Source: an uncultured Acidobacteriota bacterium
GTDB lineage: Bacteria; Acidobacteriota; Vicinamibacteria; Vicinamibacterales; 2-12-FULL-66-21
Length of the DNA: 64,000 bases
NCBI GenBank assembly: GCA_963774855.1
Contig: CAVZGT010000014.1
Coordinates: 508,892-572,891, forward strand
Direction of reading: 5' to 3'
Part shown: positions 8,564 to 19,333 of the stretch, piece after piece
Layout: every line of letters begins with the position of its first letter
Numbering within the stretch: position 1 is the first letter of the stretch
Translations under genes and position numbers: made by a program
Notes under the pieces: model-generated
Seen by the model: the letters and a program-made list of their open reading frames with translations, nothing else
Told to the model about the DNA's origin: nothing
Database searches by the model: none

Positions 8564-10796
8564 ATGAACACACTCGACACGACCGCATTCATCGGCAAGT
8601 TCGTCGAGGAGGCCCGGGATCGCCTGAAGGGGCTGACGGCCGCCGTGCTGCGCCTCGAGGAAGTGCCGGGCGCGCAGGATGCGATGGCCGAGGTGCTGAG
8701 GCAGGGACACAACCTGAAGGGCTCGGCGCGCATGCTCGGGCTCCTCGACATCGCGCAGGTCGTGCACCACCTCGAGGAAGTGTTCGTGGCCGCGCAGCAG
8801 GACGCGCGGCGGCTCGACGCCGTCGCCTTCGACGTCGTCCTCAGTACCGATTGACGCGCTGTCGATCCGCGTGGAGCAACTCGCGAGCGGGATCGGCACG
8901 CCCCCGGACGTCTCCGCGCTGTGCCGGACGCTCAGCGGCCTGGCGGCGGGCCCGGTGCGTGCCGCGCAGGACGGCGCAGCCCCTGCCACGCCGGCGGATG
9001 CGGCATCCGGGCCGGCGCCGCAGGCGCCCGGGTCCGTGCGGCAGTCGCTCCGCGTCCCGGTGGAAAAACTGGACGGCCTGACGCATCTCGCGGCGGAGCT
9101 GGTCATCCAGAGCCTCAAGGCCTCGCAGCGGCACGTCGAGCTGCGCCGTCTGGATACCGCGCTCGGCCGGCTGCGCGATCGCGCGCGTGAAGCGCGCCTC
9201 GCGCCCGCCGCCGCAGCCGGCGCCGGCCCCGCCTTCGGCGAGTACGCCGAAGCGCTGGAGCAACTCAGCCGGCGCCTCCGGCAGTTCTGCGGCGAGTTCA
9301 GCGACGATCGGGTGCGCCTCAACCTCATCACCGAGGAGTTCCGGCAGAACGTGATCAGCCTCACGATGCTGCCGCTGCACACGGTGTTCGACGCCTTCCC
9401 GCGCGCCGCGCGCGATCTCGCGCGGCAGTTCGACAAGGAAGTGGAGGTCACGATCAGCGGCCGTGAGACGGAGCTCGACAAGAAGATCATCGAGCAGATC
9501 TCGGATCCGCTGATTCACCTGGTGCGGAACGCGATCGATCACGGCATCGAGCGCCCGGCCGAGCGGCTTCGCAAGGTCAAGCCGGCCGCGGGCCAGCTCC
9601 TGATCTCGGCGGAGCAACAGGGAAACCGCATCCTCATTTCCGTCCGCGACGACGGCCGGGGCATCGATCCCGAGGAGCTGCGCGCCGCGGCGATCCGCCG
9701 CGCGCTCGCGCCCACCGCGGATCTGGAGCGCTGGAGCACGGCGGAGCTGCTCGAACTCGTCTTCCAGCCCGGCTTCAGCACGCGCGCGTCCACCACCGAC
9801 GTCTCGGGGCGCGGCGTCGGGATGGACGTCGTGAAAAACGTCGTCGTCCGGCTGGGCGGATCGGTGCGCATCCATTCCGAGCCGGAGCACGGGACCACGG
9901 TCGTCCTCGATCTGCCGTTGTCGCTGGCGCTCCTGCGAGTCGTGCTGGTCGAAACCGGTGACGAGCTGTTCGCGCTGCCGACGGCGTCGGTGCGCCGGCT
10001 GCTGCACGTCAAGCCCGAGGACATCCTCGCGGTGCCGGGCGGACACGCGATCGATCTGGCCGGCGAGACGATTCCGCTGACGTCCCTGAGCGTGCTGCTC
10101 AACGGATCGGCAGGGCCGGTCGCGGCGCGTCAGCCGGTGCTCGTCGCGCGTGCCGGCGAGGCGTCCTTCGGTCTGCTCGTCGAGGCGGTGCACGAGGAGC
10201 AGGAGCTCGTCTTCGAGGAGCTGCGCCACCCGCTGCGCGAGCACCGCACGTTTGCCGGCGCCGCCATCCTGGGCAACGGCGACATCGTGCCCATCCTCGA
10301 CGTCCACGCGCTCTTCGAGCTGGCCTCGCGGAAGCCGTCGATCCAGCCCGGTCCTCCGCCGGAGCGTCCCGCCGCCCCGCGCGTCGGACGCGTGCTCGTG
10401 GTCGAGGACTCGCTCGTGGCGGGCGAGCTCGAGAAGAGCATCCTGATCGCGGCGGGATACGAGGCCGAGATCGCGCACGACGGCGTGGAGGCGTTCGAGA
10501 TGCTCCTGCAGAAGCCGTGGGACCTGGTGGTCGCCGACGTGGACATGCCGCGGATGGACGGGCTGCAGCTCACGGCGCGGCTCCGGGCGGATGAGCGCTT
10601 CCGCAATCTGCCGGTCGTCATCGTCACCACGCGTGACTCGATCGAGGACCGCCGCCGCGGCTTCGACGTCGGGGCCGACGCCTACGTGCTCAAGCGCGAG
10701 TTCGATCAGAGCCACCTCCTCGACACGGTCAAGCGCCTCATCGGCCGCGCGCTGCCGGACGTCCCGGCCCCATTTCCCGGGCCGCCCGATGCTTGA
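8564..10796 (+). CDS. cheA: chemotaxis histidine kinase CheA with C-terminal receiver (CheA-REC), one frame break
   Basis: Hpt (HNLKGSARMLG), HATPase (HLVRNAIDHGIE...DDGRGID...SGRGVGMDVV), CheW-like domain, and REC (VLVVEDSLVAGE...VVADVDMPRMDG...AYVLK). One extra nt at about 8849: VVLST|IDALSIRVEQL. Confidence 0.9.
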
Positions 10797-11880
10797 GGCC
10801 GTTTCCGCCGCCCGCACGGAAGTTCGCGTCCTGATAGTGGACGACTCGGAAGTCGTGCGCCGGGTCCTCAAGACCCTGCTGGAGCTGGACCCCGAGATTC
10901 GCGTGATCGGGACGGCGGCCGACGGCGGGGAAGCCGTCGAGATGACGGCGCAGCTGCGGCCCGACGTCGTGACCATGGACCTCGTCATGCCGGGCATGGA
11001 CGGACTCGAGGCGACCTCGCGGATCATGGCGCACTACCCGACGCCCGTGCTGTTCTTCAGCTCGTACTTCGATCGCGAAGGCATGCACTCGCGGTTCGAT
11101 GCGCTCGCCGCCGGAGCGCTCGACGTCGTGGAAAAGCCCACGCTCACGCCCGACGATCAGTGGACGGCGCAGGCCGGCGCGCTCGCCCAGAAGGTGAAGG
11201 CGCTGGCGCGAGTGCCGGTCGTCGCCCACATCCGTGGCACGCACGTGCAGCCGCGGCAGCCCAATCAGGCTCGCCCGGGCCGCATGACCGGGACGCCGGT
11301 GGACGTCGTCGGGATCGGTGTCTCGTCGGGGGGGCCGCGCGTCCTCGAAGAGCTGCTGTCCGCGCTGCCGCCGGCGCTGACGTTGTCGGTTGTCGTCGTC
11401 CAGCACATGGCGGAGGGGTTCCTCGTCGGGCTGATCGAATGGCTGCAACAGCGGTGTCCCGTACCCGTGAAGATCGCTGAAGAGGGAGACCTCATCCTGC
11501 CGCGGCGGGTGCTCTTCGCGCCCGACGGCGCGCACCTGGTGGTGCGGTCCGGCGGACGCGTGCACCTCTCGGATGCGGCTCCCGTGATGGGCCATCGGCC
11601 GTCGGTGGACGTGACGCTGACGTCGCTGGCGAAGGTGTACGGCGCGCGGGCCGCCGGCATGCTGCTGACCGGCATGGGATCCGACGGCGCGCACGGGCTG
11701 CTGGCCATCCGGCAGGCCGGCGGCGTCACGATGGTGCAGAATGAAGAAACCTGCGTCGTCTTCGGCATGCCGCGCGCGGCGATCGAGATCGGGGCGGCGC
11801 AGCGCGTGCTGCCGACGACGGGCCTCATCGACAGCCTGAAGAGACTGCACACCGATCGTGTCCGGTCCATGGCGCCATGA
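10789..11880 (+). CDS. cheB: chemotaxis methylesterase CheB (REC + CheB_methylest)
   Basis: VRVLIVDDSEVVRRVLKTLLE receiver and the methylesterase core GIGVSSGGPRVLEELL...VVVQHM...GMGSDG. Its ATG overlaps the cheA stop (ATGCTTGA). Confidence 0.9.
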   Translation: MLEAVSAARTEVRVLIVDDSEVVRRVLKTLLELDPEIRVIGTAADGGEAVEMTAQLRPDVVTMDLVMPGMDGLEATSRIMAHYPTPVLFFSSYFDREGMHSRFDALAAGALDVVEKPTLTPDDQWTAQAGALAQKVKALARVPVVAHIRGTHVQPRQPNQARPGRMTGTPVDVVGIGVSSGGPRVLEELLSALPPALTLSVVVVQHMAEGFLVGLIEWLQQRCPVPVKIAEEGDLILPRRVLFAPDGAHLVVRSGGRVHLSDAAPVMGHRPSVDVTLTSLAKVYGARAAGMLLTGMGSDGAHGLLAIRQAGGVTMVQNEETCVVFGMPRAAIEIGAAQRVLPTTGLIDSLKRLHTDRVRSMAP

Positions 11881-13337
11881 TGAATCGAGCCCTCGCCTCG
11901 AGCGTCGCGCGTCCGGCACCTCTGGCCGTCGCGGACTTTGCACGCCTCCGCGACCTCATCGAGGACCGGTGCGGCTTGTTCTTCGGAGAGAGCCGGCAGA
12001 CCTCGCTGCAGGCGTCGGTCGGCGTCCGCATGCAGCAACTCGGACTCGACGACGCCGGCGCCTACTACGAGCGCCTGCGCGGCGAGGCGGCAGACGACGA
12101 ATTCCGGAAGCTGATCCACCTCGTCACCATTACCGAGACCTGCTTCCTCCGCGATCCGGCGCAGTTCCGGCTGCTGCGCCATCACGTGATCCCGGCCGTG
12201 CTGGCCGATCGCGAGCGCGACGGCACACGCGCGATTCGCGTCTGGAGCGCCGGCTGTTCGAGCGGCGAGGAGCCGTACTCGGTCGCGCTGACGTTGCACG
12301 ACATGGGCGTGCACCTCACGCGTCCGGACTGGACCTTCGACATCCTCGGCACCGACCTGAACACGGAACGTCTCGACGTGGCGCGGCGCGGCGAGTACGG
12401 CGCCCGCGCGGTCCGCAACGTCGAAGGGGCCTGGCTGCGGCGGTTCTTCGAGCCGTCGGGCGATCAGTTCCGCCTGAAAGACGAGATCAGGCGGTCCGTG
12501 CGATTCCGGGAGGGCAACCTCACGAGCGATCGCTCGACGGGCGCGCCGCCGGGCCGTGCCGACGTCATCCTGTGCAAGAACGTCGCAATCTACTTCCGTC
12601 CGGAGGTCACGCGGCGGCTCGTCGAGCGGCTGTACGACGCGCTCAACGACGGCGGCTATCTGCTGCTCGGACACTCGGAGTCGTTGTGGCAGATGGAGTC
12701 CGGGTTCACGCTCGTCGAGCACGACGGCGTCTTTTGCTATCGCAAGGACGCGCGACCCCACGCCGGCTTCTGCGGCGCCAGTCACGCGAAGACGTCCGCG
12801 CGCGTTCCCGCGGCGACGACAGGCGAGCCGGCGACCGGCCAGTACGAACGCTGTCTCGAGGCGTTTCGCAATGGTGAGTGGGACCAGGCGGAAAGAGATC
12901 TGCTCGAGCTGATTCGAGCGAGCTGGACGTTCGTGCCCGCGCACCTGCTGCTCGGGGGCCTCTTCGCCCAGCGGGGCCGCTACGCCGAGGCGCGCGCGCA
13001 GGCCGAGCAGGTCCTCGGCCTGGACGACATGGACGCCCGCGCCTATCTGCTGCTCGGCATGATCGACGCGCGCGCCGGCCGATCCGCCGAAGCGATCGTC
13101 TCGCTGCGCCGGGCGCTCTATCTCGACGACGCGCTGGCGCTGGCGTACTTCTGGCTCGGCCTCCTCTATCGCGATCGCGGAGACGTCGACCGGGCCTGCG
13201 GCGAGCACCTGGAGCTCGTCCGCCGGGACCGTCAGCACACGCTCGACTTCACCGAAGAGTTCGCGCCCGATCTGACGCCCGCGCAGATCGTGCACGCCTG
13301 CCTCCAGACGGTGCGCCGGTTGAGGGAGGGCGCATGA
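11877..13337 (+). CDS. cheR: chemotaxis methyltransferase CheR with C-terminal TPR repeats
   Basis: FFGESRQTSLQ...TITETCFLRDPAQF...IRVWSAGCSSGEEPYS...DVILCKNVAIYF, followed by TPR-like helices. ATGA overlap with cheB. Confidence 0.9.
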   Translation: MMNRALASSVARPAPLAVADFARLRDLIEDRCGLFFGESRQTSLQASVGVRMQQLGLDDAGAYYERLRGEAADDEFRKLIHLVTITETCFLRDPAQFRLLRHHVIPAVLADRERDGTRAIRVWSAGCSSGEEPYSVALTLHDMGVHLTRPDWTFDILGTDLNTERLDVARRGEYGARAVRNVEGAWLRRFFEPSGDQFRLKDEIRRSVRFREGNLTSDRSTGAPPGRADVILCKNVAIYFRPEVTRRLVERLYDALNDGGYLLLGHSESLWQMESGFTLVEHDGVFCYRKDARPHAGFCGASHAKTSARVPAATTGEPATGQYERCLEAFRNGEWDQAERDLLELIRASWTFVPAHLLLGGLFAQRGRYAEARAQAEQVLGLDDMDARAYLLLGMIDARAGRSAEAIVSLRRALYLDDALALAYFWLGLLYRDRGDVDRACGEHLELVRRDRQHTLDFTEEFAPDLTPAQIVHACLQTVRRLREGA

Positions 13338-15013
13338 TCTGGCTGACTGTGTCGCTGGCGGTTTTGACCGGAGCCGCCGCGGTTCTCGCGGTCGCCGTGT
13401 TCCGGCTCCGCCGGACGGTCGCCGCGCTCGAGACCCGCGCGGCGGAGGAGACGGCGAGACGCGCGGAGGCGGATGCGCAAGCCGCCGCGCGCACCACCCT
13501 CGAAGGCAGCCTGCTCCTCTGGATGCGCCACGAAATCCGGACGCCGATCAACGCCGTCGTCGGCATGGCGGATCTGCTGCTCGACCTCGAGCTCACGTCC
13601 AAGCAGCGCGAGTACCTCGGCATGCTCCGGGCGAGCGCCGAGGGGCTGTCGCGGACGGTCAACGAGGTCCTGGATCTCTGCCGGCTGGAGACCGGGCGGC
13701 TGGTGCTCGACCGTCAGCCCTTCGATCTGCGGAGCGAGGTCGACGTGTCGCTCGATCGCGTGGCCTCGATGGCAGCCGAGCGCGGGATCGATCTCTCGTA
13801 CCGCATCGACGGGCCCGCGCCGTCCACGCTGCTCGGCGACGCCGCCCGGCTCCGGCACGTGCTGGCGACGCTGCTGACCTACGCCGTGCGGCGGACGCAC
13901 GAAGGCGGAGTGACGCTGTCGGTGACGACCCGCGCGGTGCCGCCGGATCTGCACGAGGTGACCTTCGTCGTGCGCGATACCGGCATGGTCATCGCGCCGG
14001 AGCGCGCGGCGCGGCTGTTCCAGCCGCTCAGCCGCATCATCTCGTCGGATCGCGTGGCCGATGCGCAGGATCTCGGCCTCACGCTGTGCCACGGCATCGC
14101 CCGCCTGATGAGCGGCCACATCGCGCTCCGGTCCGAAGCGCGCGGCGGCTCGACGTTCGAGTTCATCATGCTGGCGGAGAACCCCGCGCGCGTCCTTCAG
14201 ACGCGGTTGCCCGTGGCGCCGCTCGAATCGGCCGCGCCGGAGTGGTCCGAGCCGCTACGGATCCTGCTGGCGGAAGACAGCATGGTCGCGCAGAAGGTGG
14301 CGATCGAGGTGCTCGAGCGGCTCGGACACACGGTCCACGTGGTCGGCGATGGACAGGACGCGCTGCACGCGCTCGAGGCCGAGCGCTACGATGTGATCCT
14401 GATGGACATGCACATGCCGGAGATGGACGGCCTGACGGCCACCCGTCGCATCTGCGAGCGCTGGCCGCGCGACCGCCGGCCGCGGATCGTCGCGCTGAGC
14501 GCGAGCGATCTGCCCGAAGACCGCGCCCGCTGGCTGGGTGCCGGCGCGGACGGCTGGGTCAGCAAGAGCCTCCCGATCGAGGAAGTGCGCCGCGTGTTGG
14601 CCGGCCTGGTTCCGGCCGGCATGGCGCTGTCGCAGGCGGCGCCCACGGGGCCCGGCGACGGCCGGCGGCCGCCGCAGCAGGGCGGCGCTCCGGGCGCGGC
14701 CGTCCACATCATCGAGATCTTCCTCCAGGACGCCGCCGCACAATTGTCGGCGCTCCGGGAGGCCGTCGACCGCCACGACGCCGCCACCGTCGAGCGCGTG
14801 GCCCATACGATGAAGGGAAGCGCCGCCATGCTCGGCGCCTCATCGGTCGCGCGCAGCTGCGCCGAACTGATCCACAATGCCCGGCATCGATCGTTTGACG
14901 GGGGCGCCGCGATCGTGTCGCAGCTCGAGGACGAGGTCGCCGCGATTCAGCGCAGCATCTCGCCGCGCCCCGCGCACTTGACCCAGACATCGGCGTCCGG
15001 ACCGCGCGAATGA
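13334..15013 (+). CDS. hybrid sensor histidine kinase (TM-HisKA-HATPase-REC-Hpt)
   Basis: H-box WMRHEIRTPINAVVGMADLL, ATPase G-boxes, receiver ILLAEDSMVAQK...VILMDMHMPEMDG, and Hpt HTMKGSAAMLGA. ATGA overlap with cheR. Confidence 0.9.
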   Translation: MIWLTVSLAVLTGAAAVLAVAVFRLRRTVAALETRAAEETARRAEADAQAAARTTLEGSLLLWMRHEIRTPINAVVGMADLLLDLELTSKQREYLGMLRASAEGLSRTVNEVLDLCRLETGRLVLDRQPFDLRSEVDVSLDRVASMAAERGIDLSYRIDGPAPSTLLGDAARLRHVLATLLTYAVRRTHEGGVTLSVTTRAVPPDLHEVTFVVRDTGMVIAPERAARLFQPLSRIISSDRVADAQDLGLTLCHGIARLMSGHIALRSEARGGSTFEFIMLAENPARVLQTRLPVAPLESAAPEWSEPLRILLAEDSMVAQKVAIEVLERLGHTVHVVGDGQDALHALEAERYDVILMDMHMPEMDGLTATRRICERWPRDRRPRIVALSASDLPEDRARWLGAGADGWVSKSLPIEEVRRVLAGLVPAGMALSQAAPTGPGDGRRPPQQGGAPGAAVHIIEIFLQDAAAQLSALREAVDRHDAATVERVAHTMKGSAAMLGASSVARSCAELIHNARHRSFDGGAAIVSQLEDEVAAIQRSISPRPAHLTQTSASGPRE

Positions 15014-16123
15014 CTGAGCCTGTCGCGAAATTCCCCAAACGGATTCTCGTCGTCGACGACGACGACGCGACCCGGTGCATCACGGAGGCGCTGGTCGAGG
15101 CTCTCGGGCACGAGGCGGAAGCGGCGCGCGACGGCATCGAAGCACTCGCGAAGCTGCGGCTCGGCCCCGACCTCGTGCTGCTCGACGTCGTCATGCCGGG
15201 CATGGACGGCTACGAGGTCTGCCGCCGCATCCGGCAGGATCCCCAGGCCGCCGGCGTGCCGGTGATCATGGTGACCTCGATGACGGGCCGCGAAGATCGG
15301 CTGCGCGCGGTCGAGGCGGGCGCCAACGACTTCATCGCCAAGCCGGTGGACAAGACGGAGCTTCGCGTCCGGTCCTTCTCGCTGCTGAAGATGAAAGAGG
15401 CGCAGGACGCGCTGAAGCGCCATCAGGCCCATCTCGAGGAGACGATCGAGCAGCGCACCGCCAGCCTGCGCGCCGCGCTCGAACAGATGGCCGAGGCGCA
15501 ACGGCTCGCGTATCGCGCCCAGCTCGACACGGTGGAGCGGCTCGCGATCGTCGCCGAGTACAAGGATCACGTCACCGCCAGCCATATCAGGCGGATGAGC
15601 GAGGTACTGCGCGGTGATCGCGCGCGGGCTGAACCTGCCGCCCGGCGAGGTCGAGCTGATCCTGCACGCCAGCCGGATGCACGACGTCGGCAAGATCGCG
15701 GTGCCCGACTCGATCCTGCGCAAGCCGTCCAGCCTGGACGGCGCCGAGTGGGTCGTGATGCGCCGGCACCCGATGATTGGCAGCCGCATCCTGGACAACT
15801 CCTCGTCGGAGCTCCTTCAGGCGGGACGCGTCATCGCGCTCTGCCACCACGAGCGCTGGGACGGATCGGGCTACCCCAACGGGATCGTCGGCACGAGCAT
15901 CCCGTTGTGGGGGCGTATCTGCGCCGTCGCCGACGTCTTCGACGCGGTGACGAGCGAACGTCCCTACAAGCCGGCGTACTCGATCGAAGAAGCGCTCCGG
16001 ATCCTGCGCGAAGGGCGCGGGACCCAGTTCGATCCTCAGGTGGTGGACGTGTTCTTCGATCAGCTCGACGAGATCCTGGCCGTGGTGGCCGAGTATCAGG
16101 ACAAGAACAACGCGCTCGACTGA
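15010..16123 (+). CDS. response regulator with HD-GYP domain (putative c-di-GMP phosphodiesterase), one frame break
   Basis: REC (ILVVDDDDATRC...LLDVVMPGMDG) then HD-GYP (HIRRMSE|YCAVIARGLNL, HDVGKIAVPD, HHERWDGSGYP). Extra G at 15604. ATGA overlap with the hybrid HK. Confidence 0.85.
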
Positions 16124-16126
16124 TCG

Positions 16127-16960
16127 CTACTTCCGCGTAATCTTCACCCCGCCGTTCGACGTGTTCACGCGCAGCGTCGGCCCGCCGCTCCCGAGGTCGG
16201 TCGAGAACGAGCGGCCGATTTTTCCCTGGACCATCACCGGGAAATCGATCTTGACCGATCCGTTCACGGTGCCGGTTTCGAGGTGCGCGGAGTAGTGGGC
16301 CGGAATGGACAGATGCACGCCGCCGTTCGACGTCTGCACGTCGAGTCCGGCTCCCTGCCAGGTGGCGCCGTCGAGGTCCACGTTGACGCCGCCGTTGGTC
16401 GTGCGCCCTTCGACGTCCCCGCCCATGCGCGACAGCTTGACCCCTCCGTTGACGGTCCGGAACTCGACGCGGCTGTTCACGTTGTCGATGGCAATGCCGC
16501 CGTTCGTGGTCCGCAGCGACAGCGGCGTCTGGGTCGGCACGTCGAGGCGGTAGCTGACGTGCCAGCCGTCGCGGCGTCCGAGGTTGCGAGGTCCGTCGGC
16601 CGTGACGCGGTCGGCCGTGGCGATGATCTGGACGCGCGAGGCGATTGCCCGGGCTTCCTCTTCGGTCGAGGCGGTGCCGACGACCCGGGCGCGGACGAGA
16701 ATGTCGCCGCGCGACTGGCCGTCGACGCTGATGCCGCCGTTCGGCGAGGCGTCCACCGTCATGGTGGCGCCGGCCGCGGGCACGGTGTATTCGCGGACTT
16801 CGCAGAAGCCCCGCCGGTCATCTCCCCAGCTCTCGTCGCCGCACCAGTCGTCCCCGCTCGAGTTCCGCTGCGCGGCAGCCCCGCCGCTGAGCGTCAGGGT
16901 CAGGCCGGCCAGGATCGCCACAGCCCAGACCGATCGCATTCTCATTGAAATTGCAGTCAT
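16127..16960 (-). CDS. DUF4097 family beta-strand repeat protein (putative adhesin), secreted
   Basis: Signal peptide MRSVWAVAILAGLTLTLSGGAAAQ. Repeated TNGG(I/V)x(I/V/L) strands (TTNGGIAIDN, TVNGGVKLSR, TTNGGVNVDL, TSNGGVHLSI, TSNGGVKITR). GGGAG lies upstream of ATG 16960. Confidence 0.75.
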   Translation of the reverse strand: MTAISMRMRSVWAVAILAGLTLTLSGGAAAQRNSSGDDWCGDESWGDDRRGFCEVREYTVPAAGATMTVDASPNGGISVDGQSRGDILVRARVVGTASTEEEARAIASRVQIIATADRVTADGPRNLGRRDGWHVSYRLDVPTQTPLSLRTTNGGIAIDNVNSRVEFRTVNGGVKLSRMGGDVEGRTTNGGVNVDLDGATWQGAGLDVQTSNGGVHLSIPAHYSAHLETGTVNGSVKIDFPVMVQGKIGRSFSTDLGSGGPTLRVNTSNGGVKITRK

Positions 16961-17189
16961 CGTTCGCTCCCGTGATTTCTGTAGCGTCCGGCCCTTCGAT
17001 GAACTCAGGGCCGCCTCGAGCTCCGTCGAGAGGCGGTTTCAGCCGGACGGCCGGTTCGCCGGATCCTCTGTCCCCCCGTTGGACGAGATCCCCGGCGTCC
17101 GGGTTGACCGCTTCCAGCCCGGCCTGGCGATTTCGTGCGGTTGAGCCATCGGCGTCCACCCGCTCACCTGCTATCATCCCGGCAGCTTC

Positions 17190-17973
17190 GTGCAGCTCGA
17201 TCTTCCATTCCTCCGTCCCTCGCCGGCCGGCACCATCCAGGAGGTGGCCCCCCCGACGGGGGCCCCGCAGCGTCCGGAATGTCCTGATCCGGCCGGCATT
17301 CCGTTGCCGGACCCTCCGGCGATCGACTTCGTCCGCATGCGACGCGCGAAGCGATACGTGCTCCGTGTGCGGCCCGACGGCAGCGTACGGGTCACCGTGC
17401 CTCGCGGCGGCTCGCGGGCCGAAGCGGTCCGATTTCTCGAACGGCACGCGGCCTGGATTCAGCGGGAGCGGGCGCGGCTCGGATCGGCGCGGGGCGCCTT
17501 TCAGTGGACCGACGGCGCGACGATCCTGTTGCGCGGGGAGCGCGTCACGCTACGCGTGGACCACGACGGCGCCGTCCGGTGGGCACGCTTCGGCGATCGA
17601 TCGGTCAGAGGTTCCGGCCGGGGCCGTGGATCTGCGTCCGTACATCGAGGCCGACCTGCGCGCGCTGGCGCGCGAGGAACTGGCGCCGAGAGTGAGCGCG
17701 TTTGCGGCCCTGCACGACCTGACCGTCGCCGGGGTCTCGATCCGCAACCAGAAATCGCGCTGGGGCTCGTGTTCCCCGAGCGGCCGGATCGCGTTGAACT
17801 TCCGGCTGGTGCAGATGCCCCGCGAGGTCTGCGACTACGTCCTGCTCCACGAGCTGATGCACCTCCGGCAACAGAACCACTCGCGGCGCTTCTGGCGCCT
17901 GGTCGAGGCGGTGTGTCCGGGCTTCCGCGCCGCCGAGCGATGGCTCAAGACGGAAGGGAGGGGGTTGTTCTGA
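17190..17973 (+). CDS. YgjP-like metallopeptidase (DUF45 / M48-related), one frame break
   Basis: [25 protein letters not shown]...FLERHAAWI in the N-terminal part and SRWGSCSPSGRIALNFRLVQMP...LLHELMHLRQQNHSRRFW (HExxH) in the C-terminal part. Frame change at about 17608. Confidence 0.75.
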
Positions 17974-17984
17974 TCGATCGTTAC

Positions 17985-18095
17985 TAGTCACGAATCACTA
18001 ATCGCGAATCCTTGGATCATCGAATCGGTCGCGACAAGTCCTGCAGTGCGCGATGCAAGGATTCGACGATTCAGGATTAGTGATGAGTGATTGAG
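17985..18095. repeat. word-repeat hairpin (AATCAC/AATCC family)
   Basis: The left arm CTAGTCACGAATCACTAATCGCGAATCCTTG faces CAAGGATTCGACGATTCAGGATTAGTGATGAGTGATTGAG. Imperfect, with a ~40-nt central region. Confidence 0.6.
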
Positions 18096-18100
18096 CTGAG

Positions 18101-18646
18101 ATGATCGTCATGGAGCTGCGAGGGACCCGGTGCACGCTTCGGCGGTGGCGTATGAGCGACGCCGAGGCGCTCGTGCGTCACGCCAACAACCTGAAGGTGG
18201 CGCAGCAGCTCCGCGATCGCTTCCCGCATCCGTACTCCCGCGCCAACGCGCAGGCTTTCTTGAGAGCCGCGGCGGCCTCCGGTGAGCCGTCCAATCTGGC
18301 GATCGACGTGAACGGTGAAGCGGCCGGCGGGATCGGTTTCGTGGCGGGGACCGATGTCGAGCGGTACTCCGCCGAAGTCGGGTACTGGCTTGGCGAGGCG
18401 CACTGGAATCGAGGCATCGTGACCGAGGCGCTCGTGCTCCTGACGGACCACCTCTTCGCGACCTCGATCCTCCTGCGGCTGTTCGCGCTGCCGTTTGCCG
18501 ACAATGCCGGCTCGATCCGCGTGCTCGAGAAGGCCGGCTACACGCGCGAGGCGATCCTGCGATCGAGCAGCGTGAAGAACGGGATCCCGCGCGACCAGGC
18601 GCTCTATGCGAAGGTCAATGCCGAGTGGCGCGGGGTCGCCCGGTGA
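18101..18646 (+). CDS. GNAT family N-acetyltransferase (RimJ/RimL-like)
   Basis: LRRWRMSDAEALVRHANN...GYWLGEAHWNRGIVTEAL...NAGSIRVLEKAGYTREAILR. Confidence 0.85.
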   Translation: MIVMELRGTRCTLRRWRMSDAEALVRHANNLKVAQQLRDRFPHPYSRANAQAFLRAAAASGEPSNLAIDVNGEAAGGIGFVAGTDVERYSAEVGYWLGEAHWNRGIVTEALVLLTDHLFATSILLRLFALPFADNAGSIRVLEKAGYTREAILRSSSVKNGIPRDQALYAKVNAEWRGVAR

Positions 18647-18680
18647 GGGGCCGCGCTCGCTTCGCTCGCGTACGGGCGCC

Positions 18681-19290
18681 TCAGCGCTGTCGCTCCGGCA
18701 CGATGGTCTCGCCGCGCGCCAGCATCGCCACGAGCGCCGCGATTTTCTTCGCGCGCCCGGCGGGCGTCTTCATGTTGTTGGTGCGAAACGCCAGCGCGAA
18801 GAGGTTCTGGCGTCCGAGGGTCCGGAACGTCTTTCGCGCCCGCGGGTTCGCCTCGATGGACGCGCGAAGGTCGTCGGGAACCGTGGCCGCGGTCGCGTTG
18901 CGCATGGGGGCGTAGGCGGCGTCCCAGCGGCCGTCTGCCTTCGCGGCGTCGACCTGACGTTGGCCGTGCGGGGTCATGCGCCCGGCGGCAGTCAGACGGG
19001 CCACGTTGTCCTTGTTGATCTGGCTCCAGACGCTCCGCGCCCTGCGAGGCGAGAACCGCTGCAGGAACGAGGCTTCGTCGAAGCGCCTTCCGGATGCCGT
19101 CGATCCACCCCCAACACAGCGCCACGTCCAGGGCCTGCGGGCAGGTCACTGTCGCCAGGCCCGAGGCTTTCTTGTGAATCTTCAGCCACACCTCCGTCTC
19201 GCGGGCGTGGTTCGCGGCCAGCCAGGCCTCGAATGCCGCCTCCGTACGGAAGCTCTTGATCTTTCGTGGATCGGGAACGATCGGCGCCAT
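18681..19290 (-). CDS. YdeI/OmpD-associated family protein, one frame break
   Basis: N-terminal part is FRTEAAFEAWLAANHARETEVWLKIHKKASG...ALCWGWIDGIRKA. C-terminal part is FDEASFLQRFSPRRARSVWSQINKDNVARLTAAGRMTPHG...FRTNNMKTPAGRAKKIAALVAML. Frame change at about 19085. Confidence 0.7.
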
Positions 19291-19333
19291 CGAAACGGTC
19301 CGGGTTGAGGGACGCCCAGGCGATGGCGTGGTG

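Noticed and set aside
16961-17189. Possible small gene or repeat in the divergent spacer between the DUF4097 and DUF45 genes.
   Set aside because: There is no word array, no convincing ORF with an SD, and no strong palindrome. It is treated as an ordinary divergent promoter region.
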